A stretch of 64,000 bases of DNA, from NCBI RefSeq assembly GCF_035594765.1, contig NC_085843.1, forward strand, positions 211,707,971 to 211,771,970, read 5' to 3'. Shown here one piece after another: positions 62,960 to 64,000 of this stretch; position 1 is the stretch's first letter; every line of letters begins with the position of its first letter. A program made the position numbers and the translations under genes. This stretch comes from Anolis carolinensis. Taxonomy: Eukaryota. The notes below the pieces were generated by a model that worked only from the letters and a program-made list of their open reading frames with translations, had not been told where the DNA came from and searched no databases.

Positions 62960-64000
62960 TTGTGTGAGTTAAACTCCCCTAAATTGCAGAGCTCGGAAGC
63001 CCAGAGTGCTAAGCAGCCAGGAGGTCAGAAGAAGCACAAACGGGTTTGAAGTAAAGGCATAGGCCTTTTATTTTTCCTAGCAAGAAATATATCAGCAGAG
63101 GTAGTGATAATATATACCCCAACTGTGAACACATGGGTTTTTTTTATAGCAGTACAGAACAATTGAAAATTGCCATGTTGGCTTCCCATTGGTCTTGGAG
63201 GATGCTGGCTAGGATCCACAGCTTGATTGGAGGAGGCATGGGTCTGCTTCTGCCTCTTGTCAACCAGAGGCGAGATGGGAAATTTAATAAATTGTCATTG
63301 CTCAGTTTGAAGTTTTTTGGCTGTTGCTTGTTTCATATTTCATGGAGGGCTGGAAGGAAAGAATGTGAGGAAATGGATATTAATGATATTAATTTTCCCA
63401 ACTTGGAAGAGGACTGTACTGGTGAAACAATGGATGTTAATCAGCCTAAATAGTTTCCAGGAAGAGGACAGAAGAGAGCTTTGGGCATATTCTGTGATTT
63501 CTGGTTTGCTCCATTGTTAGGTATGTGGAGGCATTGTGCCTCTGTTGAATCTAATTTTTTGAATCTTGAATTTTTGAAGTCCTTCTTCCCCACAAGGTGA
63601 GAGAGACTTTGGTGCAAGAGCACAAATATTTGTCCATCAACAGTCATTTCTGTGGGGTCTTTCCTCAAGTGACACCATTCTTTCAAGACATTTGCTTTCT
63701 GTAACTGTTATTATTCGAAATACTTCTCAGGCGTTTAGCACTATTAATCCCCAACCCCATACAGCTAAATTTCTCTCTCATTTCGTTTTTTCTCTCTATT
63801 CAAATTCATATGGAGGGAACTATTTATGAAGTTCCGTTTAACAACAGTGCTTTAAATTAACACTGAAACAATGTAATAAAATAAAGAAATTTATTTTACT
63901 TCATTCCAGAACTAAGGGAAAATGTTGCTGATTAAGTTGAACACTCATTTAGATTACTTTGTTAATTGAGCTATTGGCCATTAACTGTGCACATAGCTGT

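Overview
AT-rich, repeat-dense vertebrate genomic DNA. The repeat content (Sauria SINEs, 5S-derived SINEs, BovB/RTE, L2, CR1, L1, Penelope, hAT, Tc1/mariner and Harbinger-like MITEs) points to a squamate reptile, most likely an Anolis-type lizard (inference). I cannot name any intact cellular protein-coding gene. The long ORFs are decayed retrotransposon ORF2 fragments: L2 at about 38.0-41.1 kb, BovB at 29.0-30.1 and 32.2-32.7 kb, and L1 at 53.8-56.0 kb. A few short segments have good splice signals and may be exons of a large-intron host gene, but these are low confidence. The best-supported structure is element nesting. A solo LTR sits exactly in the YADD catalytic motif of an L2 reverse transcriptase. 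A Copia-type LTR with a PBS remnant lies inside a Tc1-type MITE. Two hAT MITEs carry captured pieces of other elements. A palindromic Penelope-derived insertion has two opposed, degraded hammerhead-ribozyme motifs, and one MITE copy has a 67-bp near-perfect fold-back. I did not find a demonstrably new biological system. Family names come from recalled consensus features, not from database searches.
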